A DNA stretch of 63,717 bases, the filler included, from Licmophora abbreviata (taxonomy: Eukaryota), in assembly GCA_900291995.1 (NCBI GenBank). It is 17 parts of 17 records of this genome, joined end to end, with 100 filler letters (N's around TTAATTAATTAA, not from the genome) between each part and the next. Parts side by side here need not be neighbours in the genome. Positions count along the whole stretch, not along the records: positions 37,900 to 40,578 come from OLMU01000275.1; positions 40,679 to 48,323 come from OLMU01000276.1; positions 48,424 to 52,650 come from OLMU01000278.1; 14 more parts are not named here. The stretch is one strand, 5' to 3'. The position numbers and the translations under genes are program-made. This document shows positions 38,270 through 51,466 of this stretch, in pieces (the stretch's first letter is position 1; each line of letters starts with the position of its first letter). The notes under the pieces were generated by a model. That model did not search any database. It was not told the DNA's origin and saw only the letters and a program-made list of their open reading frames with translations.

Positions 38270-41074
38270 CTACGACGCATGGATGGTCGATGCAATGATG
38301 CTCGCGAACGCTTCCACTTCGTCAAGAAGTAGAGTGTCGTCCGATGTGCAGCTTGAGCTTTCTACACGTGACCGTTTTGAAGGACGCTCGCCGTTCTCGT
38401 TCCTAGTTTCAGAGGTAACAACCATTTTCTGTGACTGCAGGGGGAGAGCAGCGTATCGGATTCGCACCGGCGCTATTGGAAAGAGTCGGAAGAAGACTGC
38501 TCAGTTGGATAATGGTAGGGGAATGCAGTATCGACAGCGCCGTTCACTTACCCGATGACGGAGAGTCTAAACTCGTCGTTATCTCCAGAGCATGTAATGT
38601 CAGCGAGTCAGACGAAATAGAACAACAAACAGCTAAAAGTTCTGTAACGACGAAGGAACGCTTCCTTTTACCACCTTCGTTGGTGACGTCCATCGTCTGC
38701 GTAACACGGTGGTCCATTACAACACCCAGTGGGGGTACTGGGAGGTAGTTTCGTCCTTCTGTCTGCTCCAAGGGCGCACCAGTCCTAACGAAAGAGGATG
38801 GAATTGTAAGTGTACAGCATTGGATCAAGCTCAGTCACTGCTCTGCTGGACCTACATATCAGGTACAGCCGTAACTCCACTGGCGACTCCAATTGCCAAA
38901 GCAGATAGTCCGAACATGCTCGCGATACCACAACATGTCACGAGAGACTCCTTAGTATCACCACAAGCCTGTTGGATAGCTCGCTGTCGAAGCGACACAG
39001 ACTCGTCATCGCGATTCTCCCAGGTACCTCCAACGCCGACCCTTTGACCCAACAGATTGATCGACCGCACCAAGCTTTCAAACGCGTCGCGTACAATCCG
39101 GCCTGTCGCCCCTGCGGGTGCACCCTTTCGTCCATTTTGTGCCAGCTTTGCAATCTGGAGTGCCATGCTCTCGCTAGCGGACCTATCATTGCAGACCAAT
39201 AGACGGAGAAGTTCTGTACTTCTCGGAAAGAGGCAAACAAACGAACCCGTGCGGGAGTCAACGCCTAATCGAAAGAGAGAAATAAACCCAGACGAATGCT
39301 TGTCAACTCCATCATACGAAAGTTGAGCAGCTACGTCGATACTTCCGCGCTCCGTCGACAGCTTCACCCAAGCTGGTAAAGCGCGGTCGTCCGACTGGGC
39401 CTTCAGCGCCTCAACAACTGCAACACTTTTTCGCTCTCCACACAACGTGGTCGCTGCCAACAGAGCGTCGCTGATTGACAAGGTAAACGGACTCGATGAT
39501 GACTCTAGAACTCGCTCGACGGTAGATCGAATGTGCGGCTGCGAGCGCGAGGCATCCAGGATAGCCCTCCCCCCGCTAAGTGAAACTAGTATCCCCTTGG
39601 TTCGATCTGCTCTGATCGACAGAGCCAGCTTTGATGATACTGGACTGCTGTCTGTTTCTTCGTTGCCCGGTTCCACATCAAGCCTCAAGTCACCCATACA
39701 GGGAGGACCGTATCGGTCGTCGACATTCCAAAACGCCACACAGAGAGCGCCAATCTGGTCACAGCCCGGGTCAAAGCGGACCGGGGCCACGGTCAGAGAC
39801 GAATTCACTCCGCCGACCTTCGACCAAACGCCTCGTTTCAGGGCTTGTGCTTGAGCAGACAGTATCTCAAGCTGCCATGAAAGACTAAACGTATGTGCCA
39901 CCCGAAATAAACAATCCAGCGGCCTCGGAACGTCCCCATCGTCTAAAGGATCGCCGTTTCGCACTCGACTTTCTTCTCTGTTCATTGCCATGGCGCACAG
40001 CTTATGCAAGTCATACCTCTGTCGACTCGAACTGTCTAGTTGATGATTCGATTCGCCTGTTTTCGCCTGAGCGCGAACCTCTACCGACAGAAGCGTCCAC
40101 TCGGCGGGCACTGACGTGGACAATACAGTTAGGTGTGCCTCCAATGGATACAGAGGTGTCTGAGACGCCGCCACCATCTTGGGTTGTCCATGGGTCAGTC
40201 GAACCATACCGCCCTTGAGTGATATTCTCCATGGTACACTCATGTCGTCTTGTGATTGCATCCATCCGACCTCGCCCAAAAGCAGCTTGTCTGTCACTGC
40301 CATGTTCCATCGCTCGGCAACTTCATTTGTGTCCCAACGACTCTCTCGGCTCTTTTCGTATGGATCCACAACAAGTTTTAGGTCCGTCGGTAAGTCCACC
40401 CAACAGCCTCGTTGCAACAAGTCAAGAGCCCCAAACACGTCATGTGGTGCCTGTCGTGCCGGAAAGAGCTGCGCGTGAAAAAAGTACAGTGCATCCTGAG
40501 CTTCGTCGTTTTGGAGCCACGCCGTCCGGGCATGCTGCAGGCGCTCTCGTCGGTACACGGGTAGAATGTGCAAATTTGNNNNNNNNNNNNNNNNNNNNNN
40601 NNNNNNNNNNNNNNNNNNNNNNTTAATTAATTAANNNNNNNNNNNNNNNNNNNNNNNNNNNNNNNNNNNNNNNNNNNNATGCTGCAGCGCTCTCGTCGAT
40701 ACACGGGTAGAATGTGCAAATTTGGACGTCGCAGCTGCTGCAGTCAGTGCGGAAACGTGACTCAAGGCTTTGCAATGCTGTGCAAGACGCCAGGCAAGTT
40801 CGTGGCGTCGTTGAGCGAATGACAAGTTTGACATGTGCTCCTTTTTGAGCGACGGATGTGGCGCATCCTCTTCCTCTTCAGGGCCGACAGCCTGCGCAAC
40901 TTCGAGTTCTCCATGTGCCATGTTATAAAGATCCGTGTATAGAGCGTTCGTCGACGACAGCAAGACAGTGGAGAGAGGCGCCGTGAGAAGTGATCCGTCT
41001 TCAGGAGACAGGGACAGTTCCAAACGACGCGGAGTGAGCGTGTCATCTTGCTTCTCATCGACCGGTGATGCCAT
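38270..41074 (-). CDS. MED14: Mediator subunit 14 (multi-exon, spans gap)
   Basis: N-terminal pattern PLSTVL...LYTDL...RRHEL...DEAQDALY...LFPARQAPHDVFGALDLL..G....LP matches the Med14 N-terminal domain. Confidence 0.75.
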
Positions 41075-41440
41075 AATTTGACTACCCCCTCTCCTCTGAG
41101 ACACCTAGTCTCCTCACGTTTGCGACGAGTAGTCAGTCAGTTCGGAAGGAAGGAAACGGCGACGAGGTGAAGTTGAAAGTGAAGGAGCGAGCGGCTGTCG
41201 TCGCCTCATCGCGCCGCGACGAGAGAGTTGATTGCAGTTCGTCTGTCATGCTCCGTAGGGTGTTTCGGTTTTGCTTGTTTCTTAGGCCGGAGTTTGACCT
41301 CCTACTGTAACAGCATGGTAAAAGCTACCGAAGTAACCCTCTAAAGCTAAACTGGATCGTGAGAGATATCACTAGAGCTAAAGACTTTGAACCATCCACT
41401 GCAGCCATTCCTTACAATATCTGATATGCTCCTTCGCGCG

Positions 41441-44400
41441 CTACCTTTGCAAGCCTCGAATCACCTGCAAGAGCATGTGGAGCGGCCGTCGCATGGAAGG
41501 ATCGCCTTGTGCCATCTTCTCATTGACAAATTCCACCAGCTGTTGCAGCACTGTCGGCACATGACGCTGGATGCTCTCGTTGGCAGGATCCAAAGAAAGA
41601 GCAATCTCCTGCAACCACGAAACCACAAGGTCTGCTTCGGACGACGACACTAGCGCAGCTCCGAGCTGCTGCATCAAGCAGAGCAAAATCGTCTGGCTGA
41701 TTGCGGGAGAGTCACCACTCAGAACTTCCACCAGATCTGCATTCTGGCAACAGTAAACGGCCATGTCAGCTGACTCTGCAGAGACAGCCTTGGTGAAAGC
41801 CTGTTCGTATTGTTGCTGCTCAAGCAGGCTGAGCACTTCGTCTCGAACTTCTTGCATCTTGTCGACGCCAGAGGCACTTCCTGTTCCACCGCCAATTCCT
41901 GAGACATCGAGTCCCTGAGAGCCAACGGCTGACCGCAATTGAGCGACTTCCGTCGAAAGCGACTCAATCGCACGTGCCATGGCGTCAATCCTGGATGAGA
42001 CGTCGGTCGACGAGCCACCAGCCGACATACCCTTCTTGAGGCCTTCCGATATCTGTGCGAACATCTCTCTTGTTGCGGACTCGTACGCTGGAATAAGAGT
42101 CGTCTTCATACACTAAAAGAGTCGACACACGAACATCACACTTTGAGCACGAGCCGTTCGCGAGACGTGAAAACCAACATTCAACCGCTAGGTAAACGTA
42201 CCTCTGAAAACGAAAGACGCAAGGGTTCGTTCACACTTCCAGCAACCGCCTTGGCGACAGCCTTCGCCTGCGCCTTTTCTCCGTCCTTAGATGTCTTGTT
42301 GATCGCTGTCATCGTCTGTGTGATTGCCTTGCTAACTGCAGGTAGAACGGATGTCTGGATTTCCGAATGGACTGTCTTGTTGACACGTTCCACCAGGATG
42401 CTCTCCTGTTTTTTGAAGTGCGTCGAAAGAACCTTTTCTAGCACCAGCTCTAGCTGGGAACTGTCCACCGGGGAGACCGACGTGACAGCAGCAGGCGTGG
42501 TGACACCAGGAGTGAGGGACGCTGTGTCCTCGCGCTTCAAAATAGCAAACGGCCCCGTGGGATTCTTCTTCGGTTCGGCCCTTCGTTGGTTCTGCTTCGG
42601 AGCTGGTTTTGTCTTGCTCTTTGGTTCTGCCACTTTCGTCGCGGCTTTGGAGGTAGGTTCGGAAAGTTGAGGAAGCCATTCCATGGCGCGGTCGAGATCG
42701 CTGAGATAAAGGGGGTGGGCGTCAGACACGTCGCTGCTTCATGAGCAATAAATCAACGAGATCAATCCGCGTACGTACCTCCCGCTTCCTGACAAGAGCT
42801 CTTTCGGAGACAGGAACGAATTCGCCACCGGTCGCGTCGCCGGTGCATCCGGCATGGGCAACGCCTTGGCAAGATCCTCGGGCATATTCGCTATCGTCGA
42901 CGAGGTTACGGGCGTGGGCGGTGGAGCTTGAGTACCGCTCGTGCTCGTCTTGCCGGCCAGGCTGCCTAGCCAATTGGCGAACGCATTGCCGCCTCCCGCA
43001 ATCTTCGTCTCGGGTTCCAGTCCGTCTGGTGCAGGAAGCGAAGATGGGTCAGGGGCGACATCGTCATAGTCACTTTCGGGTGCCTCCTCGTCTTCTTCCA
43101 GCTCGTAGTCTTCCTCGTACATAGGTTCGACCGTAATGGCGTTCATGCTCACTCCCAGCGTAGCCGCATCCCACGTCGTGTTGGGCGGCAACAACATGTA
43201 ATGAGGCAAGGTATACTTTTGCACCATTTTGCTTTGATATGCGTAAAACATGACATCAAAGTTCAGTCCAGCATGGTTCGTTTCTTCGACATCTTCGGCT
43301 GGAGCACAAAAGAGGCTCCACGAGTAAATAGGAAACTTGGTAGACAGAGGTACTGCATAGTCCAATCCCACCGCCAGTGCTTTCTTCGGACCGTCGCTAC
43401 TACTCCATTCGCTCTTGATGTGCAAACCGTACACGTGCCCTTTGACTCGATCGGACAGTAGCAAAAAACACGACGGCGGCGATCCATCCGCCGGTGCCGG
43501 TCCAAAGCATTGATTCAAGTTGTACGTCGATGGATGCTTCATGCCAAACACTTGTAGCCTGATCGGAAGAGAGCTTTCCGTAAAGGCTGACCATAGTGTA
43601 ATTGTACCATTGCCCGAGGTGGCAGTAACAAAGGCTGACGTCAGTCCCGGTCCTCCCCCTCCACCCGTGGTGGTATTATCGTGCGGCAAGAAGAGGCATC
43701 GAGTGACAGGACCCTGATCTTCTTCTTCCTGCAGTGTGAATAAGCACTGGACGGGAACACTGCCACTTCTATCCGCATGGGCATGAACCTTGGCATCCCA
43801 GAGACAGATGCGTCCATCGTCGTGAGTCGTCATGACGTGTCGGGTGTCTCGCCCCGACCAAGCGAGATCGGTCAAATTGGAGCCATTCGTATCGACCAAC
43901 TGCAACGCGCCATCCATAATGACGCCATCATCGTGCAACGAGCACAGAGCATGCTGCTCTACCTCATGAGGGGCCGTGGCAATATGCGTTGTTTCTGTTA
44001 GGGTTGCGATTGTCGTCTGTTGAGAATTCGCATGAATCAACCAGAATTGATTGGGATTGAAGGGATGCCAAATCAAACGAGAAATAGACGGCAATGCATC
44101 CGGGATCTCGAGAAGCTTTTCGGCAATGATATCAGGAGATCGCTCAAAGATACGCCAGACAATGACATTTCCTCCGACAGATCCCAAGACATCGCCATTT
44201 TGGAAGAATGCCAAATCGGTAATTTTTTTAGTGTGTCCTCGCAACAAGCTTCGCAGTGGCGACTGACGGTGCAAGACCCGAATCAATCCATTCTTGACAG
44301 CGTACACAATGAAATGTTGATTGACATCGACCAGACTGCCATTGATACAGTCGTCGTTGGGAAGGGCATCGAACGCGACGACTTGTTGGGCGTGAGGCTG

Positions 44401-44505
44401 TTGCACCTGTTGTGCAGCGGGAATGTCGTTGGGATCGTACCAGACACGCAATAATGCACCCTCAGACGGCGTGGGAAGTGGAACTGTCCCGTACTTCTCC
44501 GTCAT
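41441..44505 (-). CDS. EDC4: Enhancer of mRNA decapping 4 / Ge-1 / VARICOSE (3 exons)
   Basis: N-terminal WD40 (IVYAVKNGLIRVL, LLRGH, LIWHP), low-complexity linker, C-terminal YEQAFTKA...SQTILLCLMQQL...WLQE. Confidence 0.88.
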
Positions 44506-45194
44506 GCTTGGTGAGAGAGATAGAAAGGAAGTTAGGAACTGAAATGGTATGATCGTCCTTTTGTGACTCGGCCGAAATTGAACATCTTCAAATCTTTCGT
44601 CAGATCATGGGGCTTTGCGCTACTCTGATTTCTACGTTAATTTTGTACTAGAACAAGGCGGATGAGGGGCGGACCGCAAAGTTGAGTCGCACAAGTCAAA
44701 GATGCGGCTCGCACACGCCAGCTGACGAAGTGTTCTCCAGTGACATATCTAGTGTTCGACGCGCGCCCGCTTTTCATGTCTGTCGCATCCTGTTTCGAAC
44801 GAATATATTCTGTGATGGCTCGTCGCTGGAATCGTCGTCTAGACTTCCAGAGCAGTCTAGGGTTCCTGCAAGGCTGTCTTGTTGTGCTCCTCGACTGTTG
44901 CTTCGCAGAACGCTCTTTGCGTTGCCCTTTTCCCATTGCAGAAGGTTTTCGCGCGCGGATGCACAATACGATCATTGTCTTCATCCCCTATCGTTTCGTG
45001 CGGATCTCGATCCATCAATTCATTGCTGAAAAAGAGAAGTGAACATACTGTATTCGATTCAAGGGCAGATTTACAGAGGTTAAGTAAACGAGACCGATCG
45101 ATAGAGACTGTTTGTAGAATCAATCGAACACGTGCCAAATTTCACCCGCAAGTCGACTTTACGATCGTTTTAGCATACTAAAACGAGACGTATC

Positions 45195-46335
45195 ATGACG
45201 AGGCTTCTCCCTGCCCTGCTCTGGGCATCTTTGGTGACAACAGTAACTTCCTTCCATCCGTCCAAGCCCTCGTGGGGACGACGATTCGGAGTGTCGGCTT
45301 CGACCAGAACCCGCACCTCCTCCCTCGGGGCCACTGACGGTGACGACCACTTTGACATGGACGAACTTCGACAACGCATCTATGAACAGAATCACAAGGA
45401 CGAACGCAACATGAAGCTGTTCTTAAAGCAACAGCCGCGTACTGAATCTGTTTACATTCTAATGTTCGATGTTGATACAGAAGACGAGGGCGTGCATACC
45501 ATTGAGATTGACTATGGTCAGAATATCATTCTGGCGTTCGAGTCTCTAGAAGAGTGTGCCAAATTTGGAAAGCTCTTGAAAGCACAGGAGTTTCAGGATC
45601 CACAGGTGAGTTTCTACAGTACTACTTTAGTCGAAATGGGCCTCGCGAAGCGCTACATGCAGAATGTGCTCACCACTCCTCGATTTATCGATACCGGCAG
45701 CCACAAAAAATGAATTTGCAGAATCTCGAACGGTACTGCGATGAGCTCGATGTCTTGGTGCAGCTCGTCCCGAGTGGTATGGAACTTATTCCACCTGCAC
45801 AAACTGTCGAGGAACGCGAGCCGTATGGTTCTCTCGAAGACTCGGTACATATTCTATTGTTCAATCCCGACACGGCCGATGAGGGCGTTCACACCATTGA
45901 GATGGAGTCTGGTCAGAGCGTCATTTTAGCGTTCCAGTCGCTCACGGACTGTAGCAAGTTTGCGGAATTGTTGAAAGCGCAACAGTTTTACGATCCAAAG
46001 GTGCGTCCAGTTTGCGGTCGTCGCCTGAGACTCGCTGCTTTTTCGTGTCTGTGCTCACATGAATCCATATATCGCCTCTACAGCCCCAGAAGATGCATCT
46101 GGAGAAGCTCAACCGGTACTGTGAACAGCTCGGTGTGACAGTAAGAGTAGTCCCCCCTGGCATGGAACTCATCCCTCCTACCAATAGCGTTGAGAACCTG
46201 GAACACAATCCAAGTTGGAGCGCGGAACAGAATCGTCTCGAAGAATTGTGGTTAGACCCCGAGGCTGAGAAAAGTGACATGATTGCGGACCCTGGTGTCA
46301 TGAGGTCGACGAAGGATGTGGGTAGTTGGGATTAA
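45195..46335 (+). CDS. Plastid-targeted protein with two tandem DUF3110-like domains (introns 45606-45700, 46001-46083)
   Basis: Signal peptide ending VTS-F; ILxF...DEGVHTIE...ILAF.S...C.KF..LLKAQ.F.DP occurs twice. Confidence 0.7.
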
Positions 46336-46392
46336 TCAATCTGAAGCCAGGGAGATCACTAATCTTGTAGATATGCTCGCTTTTCCAATGTA

Positions 46393-47868
46393 TTATCTCG
46401 TCGTGTCCGCCTCAACATTATCGATCGAAAGCGCCGACGGCTCGTCAGCCGTATTGTCAACAGCATCCGGCTCTTCAAGGGATGAGTCCTTATCTTTCAT
46501 AACTCGATGAAGCCCAGGAAGCTCCACGCCGTCGCACTGCGGAAGAGGTGTGTGCTCTGTGCTTCGCCGTGAGCTACAGCAAACCATCGACATGCCGAAC
46601 ACAATCATCCCAACCGAGACAATACACGCAAATGATCGATACATGATGCGAGGACCAAGCGTGTCTTCCATAACTCCAGCGACAAAGAGACCGGTCACGG
46701 AACCAACGCCTTGGAACGGCGCAAGCAGACCTTGACCACTCGATTCGTAGCCTTTTGGCATGAGTTGTGCCGCGTAGTCGACAGCACTTGTTTGAGCGCA
46801 TGCAAACGTGACGCCGTGTAGCGGTTCCAAGAGAAGAACAAAGGCTATGTGACCTTGCGGTATCAGCGAGTAGCCCACCACGCGAGTCACGTATGCGATA
46901 CATGCGACTTGCTGAAGCACACCTGCACCAAATCGTCTCAGTAGAAGAGGCGCCACATGAAAGATTGGAATCTCAAACAGCACCGTTAGCGCAACAGTGG
47001 CCCCGCACATAGTATTGGACCCGCCAAGGTACTCAAAGAAGAGAAAGACGAGCCCATCTACGACCGAGGTGCCCGCCGAGAGACAGGAGGTGGCAAACAA
47101 GAACGTCACTCCATTCGAAGTCCCAACCATCAGCATAAGTAGTGTCCACATACTGACTTCATGCGACCGTGAGCGGCGATTTCTCCCCGGAAGCTTAGGT
47201 TCGTCTGGGTCTTCGACGGGTGAAAGCTCGCGAGTCGTCTCATAGTCCAGCTCGATACTTTCCTGACCATTCACATAGACTCCGATACAAACGAATGTTA
47301 CTGCTGTGGACAGCATGGCAAGCCAGTACATTGCACTGAACCCCAGCAGGTCAAGCAGAGGACCTATCACCATATTTGCGACAGCCCACCAGATGGCACC
47401 ATGCAAGCGTTCTTTTCCATAGTCGGATTGATCAGAGTGCGGATCCTTTTCGAGGTGCGACAATGTTAATCCGTCCATTACGCGGATCACGAGGGGTGAG
47501 GAGAGGGCCGCTTCCAGTATTCGCAACGCAAAATGCCATTCGATCGACCTGAACAATGGCACTTCCGGAACTAAGTGGTGAGTTCCATGTAGCAGGAACA
47601 AAATGGCTCCAATGGTTATACCCAAAAACATGACTTGTGCTCGGCCCTTGCCTGGATCGATTCGCTCTCGTCTATCAACCCATGCGCCTCCAGCCGAGCC
47701 CAGAAGGGCGGCGATCCCACCTCGAGTCGCCAGGACACTTCCAACCATTGTATCGGAGAATCCCGCCTCATGTCTCAGGAATGGCCCCATGAATCTGCCT
47801 CCCACAATAGCGAAATGGGCAAACAAGGCACCGTACAGCAACCTCGGTCGCGGCGTCCACCTCCCCAT
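46393..47868 (-). CDS. MFS transporter (MFSD6/MFS_1-like)
   Basis: About 12 hydrophobic segments; YGKERLHGAIWW, FEIPIF, LLEPLHGVTFA. Confidence 0.88.
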   Translation of the reverse strand: MGRWTPRPRLLYGALFAHFAIVGGRFMGPFLRHEAGFSDTMVGSVLATRGGIAALLGSAGGAWVDRRERIDPGKGRAQVMFLGITIGAILFLLHGTHHLVPEVPLFRSIEWHFALRILEAALSSPLVIRVMDGLTLSHLEKDPHSDQSDYGKERLHGAIWWAVANMVIGPLLDLLGFSAMYWLAMLSTAVTFVCIGVYVNGQESIELDYETTRELSPVEDPDEPKLPGRNRRSRSHEVSMWTLLMLMVGTSNGVTFLFATSCLSAGTSVVDGLVFLFFEYLGGSNTMCGATVALTVLFEIPIFHVAPLLLRRFGAGVLQQVACIAYVTRVVGYSLIPQGHIAFVLLLEPLHGVTFACAQTSAVDYAAQLMPKGYESSGQGLLAPFQGVGSVTGLFVAGVMEDTLGPRIMYRSFACIVSVGMIVFGMSMVCCSSRRSTEHTPLPQCDGVELPGLHRVMKDKDSSLEEPDAVDNTADEPSALSIDNVEADTTR

Positions 47869-48643
47869 GATTGCCCGCTGTGTGGTTGGTGGTTGCTCGT
47901 AGTCAAAGTAGTGATGGTTTGTCGAAAACTAGACAGTTCAATTTGACACTTCAGAGAATCTCCATTTCCCGCCGGAAGCCTCCGCAGGATAACATAACAC
48001 CAAAGTTGTAAGGTTTTCGGCACGCATCGGGTTTCGTCTTTGTGTGGCCTCTGCCGATGAAGAATGTGCTTCGTCGCATGTTTCCCGCGCCAAAATCTGG
48101 ACGTCGTCGGAAGCCATCACAGGAGGAGCAGGAGCGTCTGAATCACGTAGACTACAAAATGTCACCGTTATCATACCAGTTACCCCGATACAGGAGGGAA
48201 TCCTCGTGTACCCGATACTGTAGCAAGCAAACGCTTGAGTAGAAAGCGAGACTTTGGTGCCGTAAAGGAAATTTGGACAAAGCATAGTGATGTTCAAGCA
48301 ATCTGTCCACATGATCGTCTTAANNNNNNNNNNNNNNNNNNNNNNNNNNNNNNNNNNNNNNNNNNNNTTAATTAATTAANNNNNNNNNNNNNNNNNNNNN
48401 NNNNNNNNNNNNNNNNNNNNNNNCAATGATGACGTGTCACTCGTGTCATGACACTTTGTGCCTCTTCTTCGGTGTTCTCGAGACGATCGCGATCGTGCTT
48501 TTTTGTTGTTGTTTTGGATATTGCATAGACCCACGATGCATGAGAACAACTGATCGATTAATTCAATTTGTGCATGGCGCGAGACCCATCTCTCAGTAGA
48601 GAGCGAGTAAGCAGTCCTACAGGCAAGCTGAGCGAGCATAATA

Positions 48644-49132
48644 ATGACGACGACATCTCGACAACTAGTGTCGTCACTGGTCACCATGCTACTTGTTATT
48701 GCGTGGACGACGGCGTGGTCGCTTGGTCACGACTCAAGACTGTCCAAGAATTTGTCGACCCTTACGCGCGTACTTCAGAGCGACCCATGTGAAACTTCTT
48801 TGGACGCGCTGTGTCAGCAGCAAGCGGGTCAAGACGACGGGATCGCAGTCAAAAATGACACTGAAGCTACTTTGGCAACTACCACTACGAGTACATCTGA
48901 CGACACTGCTACCACCGTGGCGACAGATGAGCCAAGAGACGAGGGTTTCGAAGAGAGAGGCCCACTCCCAATCTACGGATACGTATTAATTGGCTGTGGT
49001 GTGCTCGCCATGTCTTGTGCTGGGCTCAGCATGTCTCGACGGGGCGCCAGGAGAGATTTTCCGGATACAACTGTGGACTTCGATTCCATGAGCTCTTATT
49101 CCACTGAATCCTCCCAGCCGACAACTGCATAG
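48644..49132 (+). CDS. Short type-I membrane protein, array member A
   Basis: Signal peptide, RVLQ, Cys pair, Thr-rich stalk, TM GPLPIYGYVLIG, acidic Ser tail. Confidence 0.75.
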   Translation: MTTTSRQLVSSLVTMLLVIAWTTAWSLGHDSRLSKNLSTLTRVLQSDPCETSLDALCQQQAGQDDGIAVKNDTEATLATTTTSTSDDTATTVATDEPRDEGFEERGPLPIYGYVLIGCGVLAMSCAGLSMSRRGARRDFPDTTVDFDSMSSYSTESSQPTTA

Positions 49133-49392
49133 TAGGATTGATGTGTATTGTTGGAGGGATGGTGATCAGCGCGAACGATAATACTGCAGCATGCAGCATC
49201 CGCCGTGAAGGAGTATGCGATGGATTCCCCATGTCCAGAGAGTGTTCATACTGGTGAAAGTTGACAAATTAAAGAAGACTCTGCGTATACTGTTGCTACT
49301 AGATACAGGCGGACGGTGTGTGTGTGCTTCAGAATAGCTAGGAAGTACCAGGTAGGCGGTTCTGAAGAGTGTAACGCACGCCATTGTCAGTC

Positions 49393-49412
49393 GACTCGAC
49401 TCGACTCACTCG
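49393..49412 (+). promoter_or_regulatory. Putative upstream element GACTCGACTCGACTCACTCG
   Basis: 19/20 identical to 56662-56681; each lies about 240-250 nt upstream of a paralogous ATG. Confidence 0.4.
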
Positions 49413-49650
49413 CATGTACAGTTTGTCGTGACATTTTGCACCATAAACGAGGTTGGTGCATAGATTTACCTTAATGTCTGTAGGATCATACGAATACCAT
49501 GTGGTTCAAAATTTCGCGGACGGGACCAAGGTTTGTTTCGTACGACCGATTCGTGTCACACTCGCCCCCGAACACAGCATCGACGAAGCTGCCCATGATG
49601 TGAGTGCGGTTCGCATAGAAAACGTGAAGACCTTTCGAACGACATTCGAG

Positions 49651-50717
49651 ATGAAACTCTTCCTGCTTGAAGCTCTCTTGCTCGTTGGCAGCCGTGCATT
49701 TATTGCAAATGCTATCGCTGGGACCCGTCGAGACAGACCAGCGGCGAGAAGATCAAATCGATTGCTGGACCAAGACTGCGAGGATGACCCAGATCTATGC
49801 CGCCATATGGACGATCCCCTCGATCGAACTGCACCACCGACAAACGCTCCTTCTCCGACGGACACCCCCGGGGCAACACAGCAAGATTCATCAGAACAGA
49901 CAAACACGCCTTGTGTTGCAGACACGAATGGTTTTTATGGAGAAACAGCCGCGACTCAGGTTACACTCGAATTTTTGTATGAAATTCAATTTGACTCTAC
50001 GGTTATACAAGCAGTCGAGACAGATACGCTGGGAGTGGTTGAAGACTTCATCGGCGATGGACTGGCTGAGAGATTGTTTGAAAGTCAGTGCAGTGACGCG
50101 AGACGAGCTCCATCTCCACCAAACCTCAGAAGAAGGCTGAACACGGTCGGATACCAGTCTCTACCTAGAGATCTTGTGTTGAGTCAAGGTACGACCTGTT
50201 GGTCATCGCAGTGTTTTTTATGACATAAGCTCGGCGCTCAGACTATGTTTGCCTGCTTTTGTCCATGTTAGGGGATTGTACTTCAGGTCAGATTGGCGGC
50301 GAAGATGACTCTTGCGCGATAGTTTTGGGGCGAGGGTCCATATTTGTCGATCAAGAGGAAAATGCAGAGACAAGTGGATCAAATGCTGTTTCCTACATTC
50401 GGTTGGTCTTGGAGAGCGGTGACCTTGCTGGTGTTAGTGAGGGCATCATTGGAGCTGTGTTTGTCAATGGCACTTACACGAAAGTAGAAAGCAATGATGA
50501 CGAGGGAAAGGGAGTTGGCGAAGGAGACGACAGTGGGCTCCCAGCATACGCCATTGTTTTAATTGCAGTTGCGGTCCTTGCGGTGGTTGCAGCACTTGGC
50601 TTCTTTTTTATGGCTCAGCGCAGATGGGGAGCAGCGGGCCGAACTCCTATCGGAATGCTTCAATTGGACTCTATCGCCAGCGTAGATTCGGACGAGTCGA
50701 ATCTTGACGTACAATGA
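49651..50717 (+). CDS. Type-I membrane protein with RXL motifs and Cys domain, array member B (intron 50189-50271)
   Basis: Signal peptide MKLFLL..., RLL and RRRL, P/T linker, C..NGFYG...FLYE domain, TM GLPAYAIVLI. Confidence 0.8.
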
Positions 50718-50825
50718 CATGTGCTGCATATGCCACATTGACTTTCGGTGATATGCTGGATGATTGCGATGGGGCACGTATCGCTCCCGCCGTCAGAGCA
50801 AAGTTTCTAAAAACTCGTTGATTCT

Positions 50826-51466
50826 TCAGCTAGTAGGTTGATCATTATCTAGCTTGAGAATCATAGTGAAGGACGTACCCCCCGTTCGATTCACAACGTC
50901 TGTTCCAGGTTTGCGGAGGAAACCGAATCGCGAATACAGTCGAAAAGCGGGATTGTCCTCTCGGCAACTGAGGCAGATGCCCGCGAACGACGTTCTCGAA
51001 CCATCTGGATCAGTGCCACCAGAAGTTTCGACCCAATACCTTTTCCTCGACAGTCTGGAAGTAGAGCAATTGCGAGCTCAGGAATGTCGACAGCCACGAA
51101 ACCGAAGCCTTGACCTTGAGTTAGCAGTCGAACCCAAGCCGCACCCACTGCCCTGTCATCTCCAGTCATGGTCGCAACCACTCCCAAATCGCCACTCTTG
51201 GTTCCGAAATCTTGAGCGTAAGGTCTCAGGATATCACTCTCTCGGACATTGGAGGTTTCATGAGCTGCATGCATGAGCATGTCCCAAACGATGTCTTGAT
51301 CGTGATGAGTGAGCGGTCTGATTCGACATATGGACGACGCATTAGTATCTGCTGTATCCTGACCTCGCCTCATGACCATTTCCCTAGCTAGGCTTCTGTG
51401 AGTGAGAGCTACTGTCACGTGGGGTGCGAAACAATAAAGCAGTCCTATTGCCCTGAATAGCCTCAT
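50826..51466 (-). CDS. GNAT N-acetyltransferase, intronless, apparent 1-nt frameshift near 50987
   Basis: VGAAWVRL, PELAIALLPDCRGKGIGSKLL; the C-terminal motif CLSCREDNPAFRLYSRFGF lies in another frame. Confidence 0.85.

Noticed and set aside
40532..40725. Near-identical ~47-nt repeat flanking the gap in MED14 with one substitution and one indel
   Set aside because: Contig-end overlap (allelic difference or low-quality end), not a duplication.
44637..45181. Several overlapping 90-115 aa ORFs between EDC4 and the DUF3110-like gene
   Set aside because: No motifs or coding character; likely intergenic noise.
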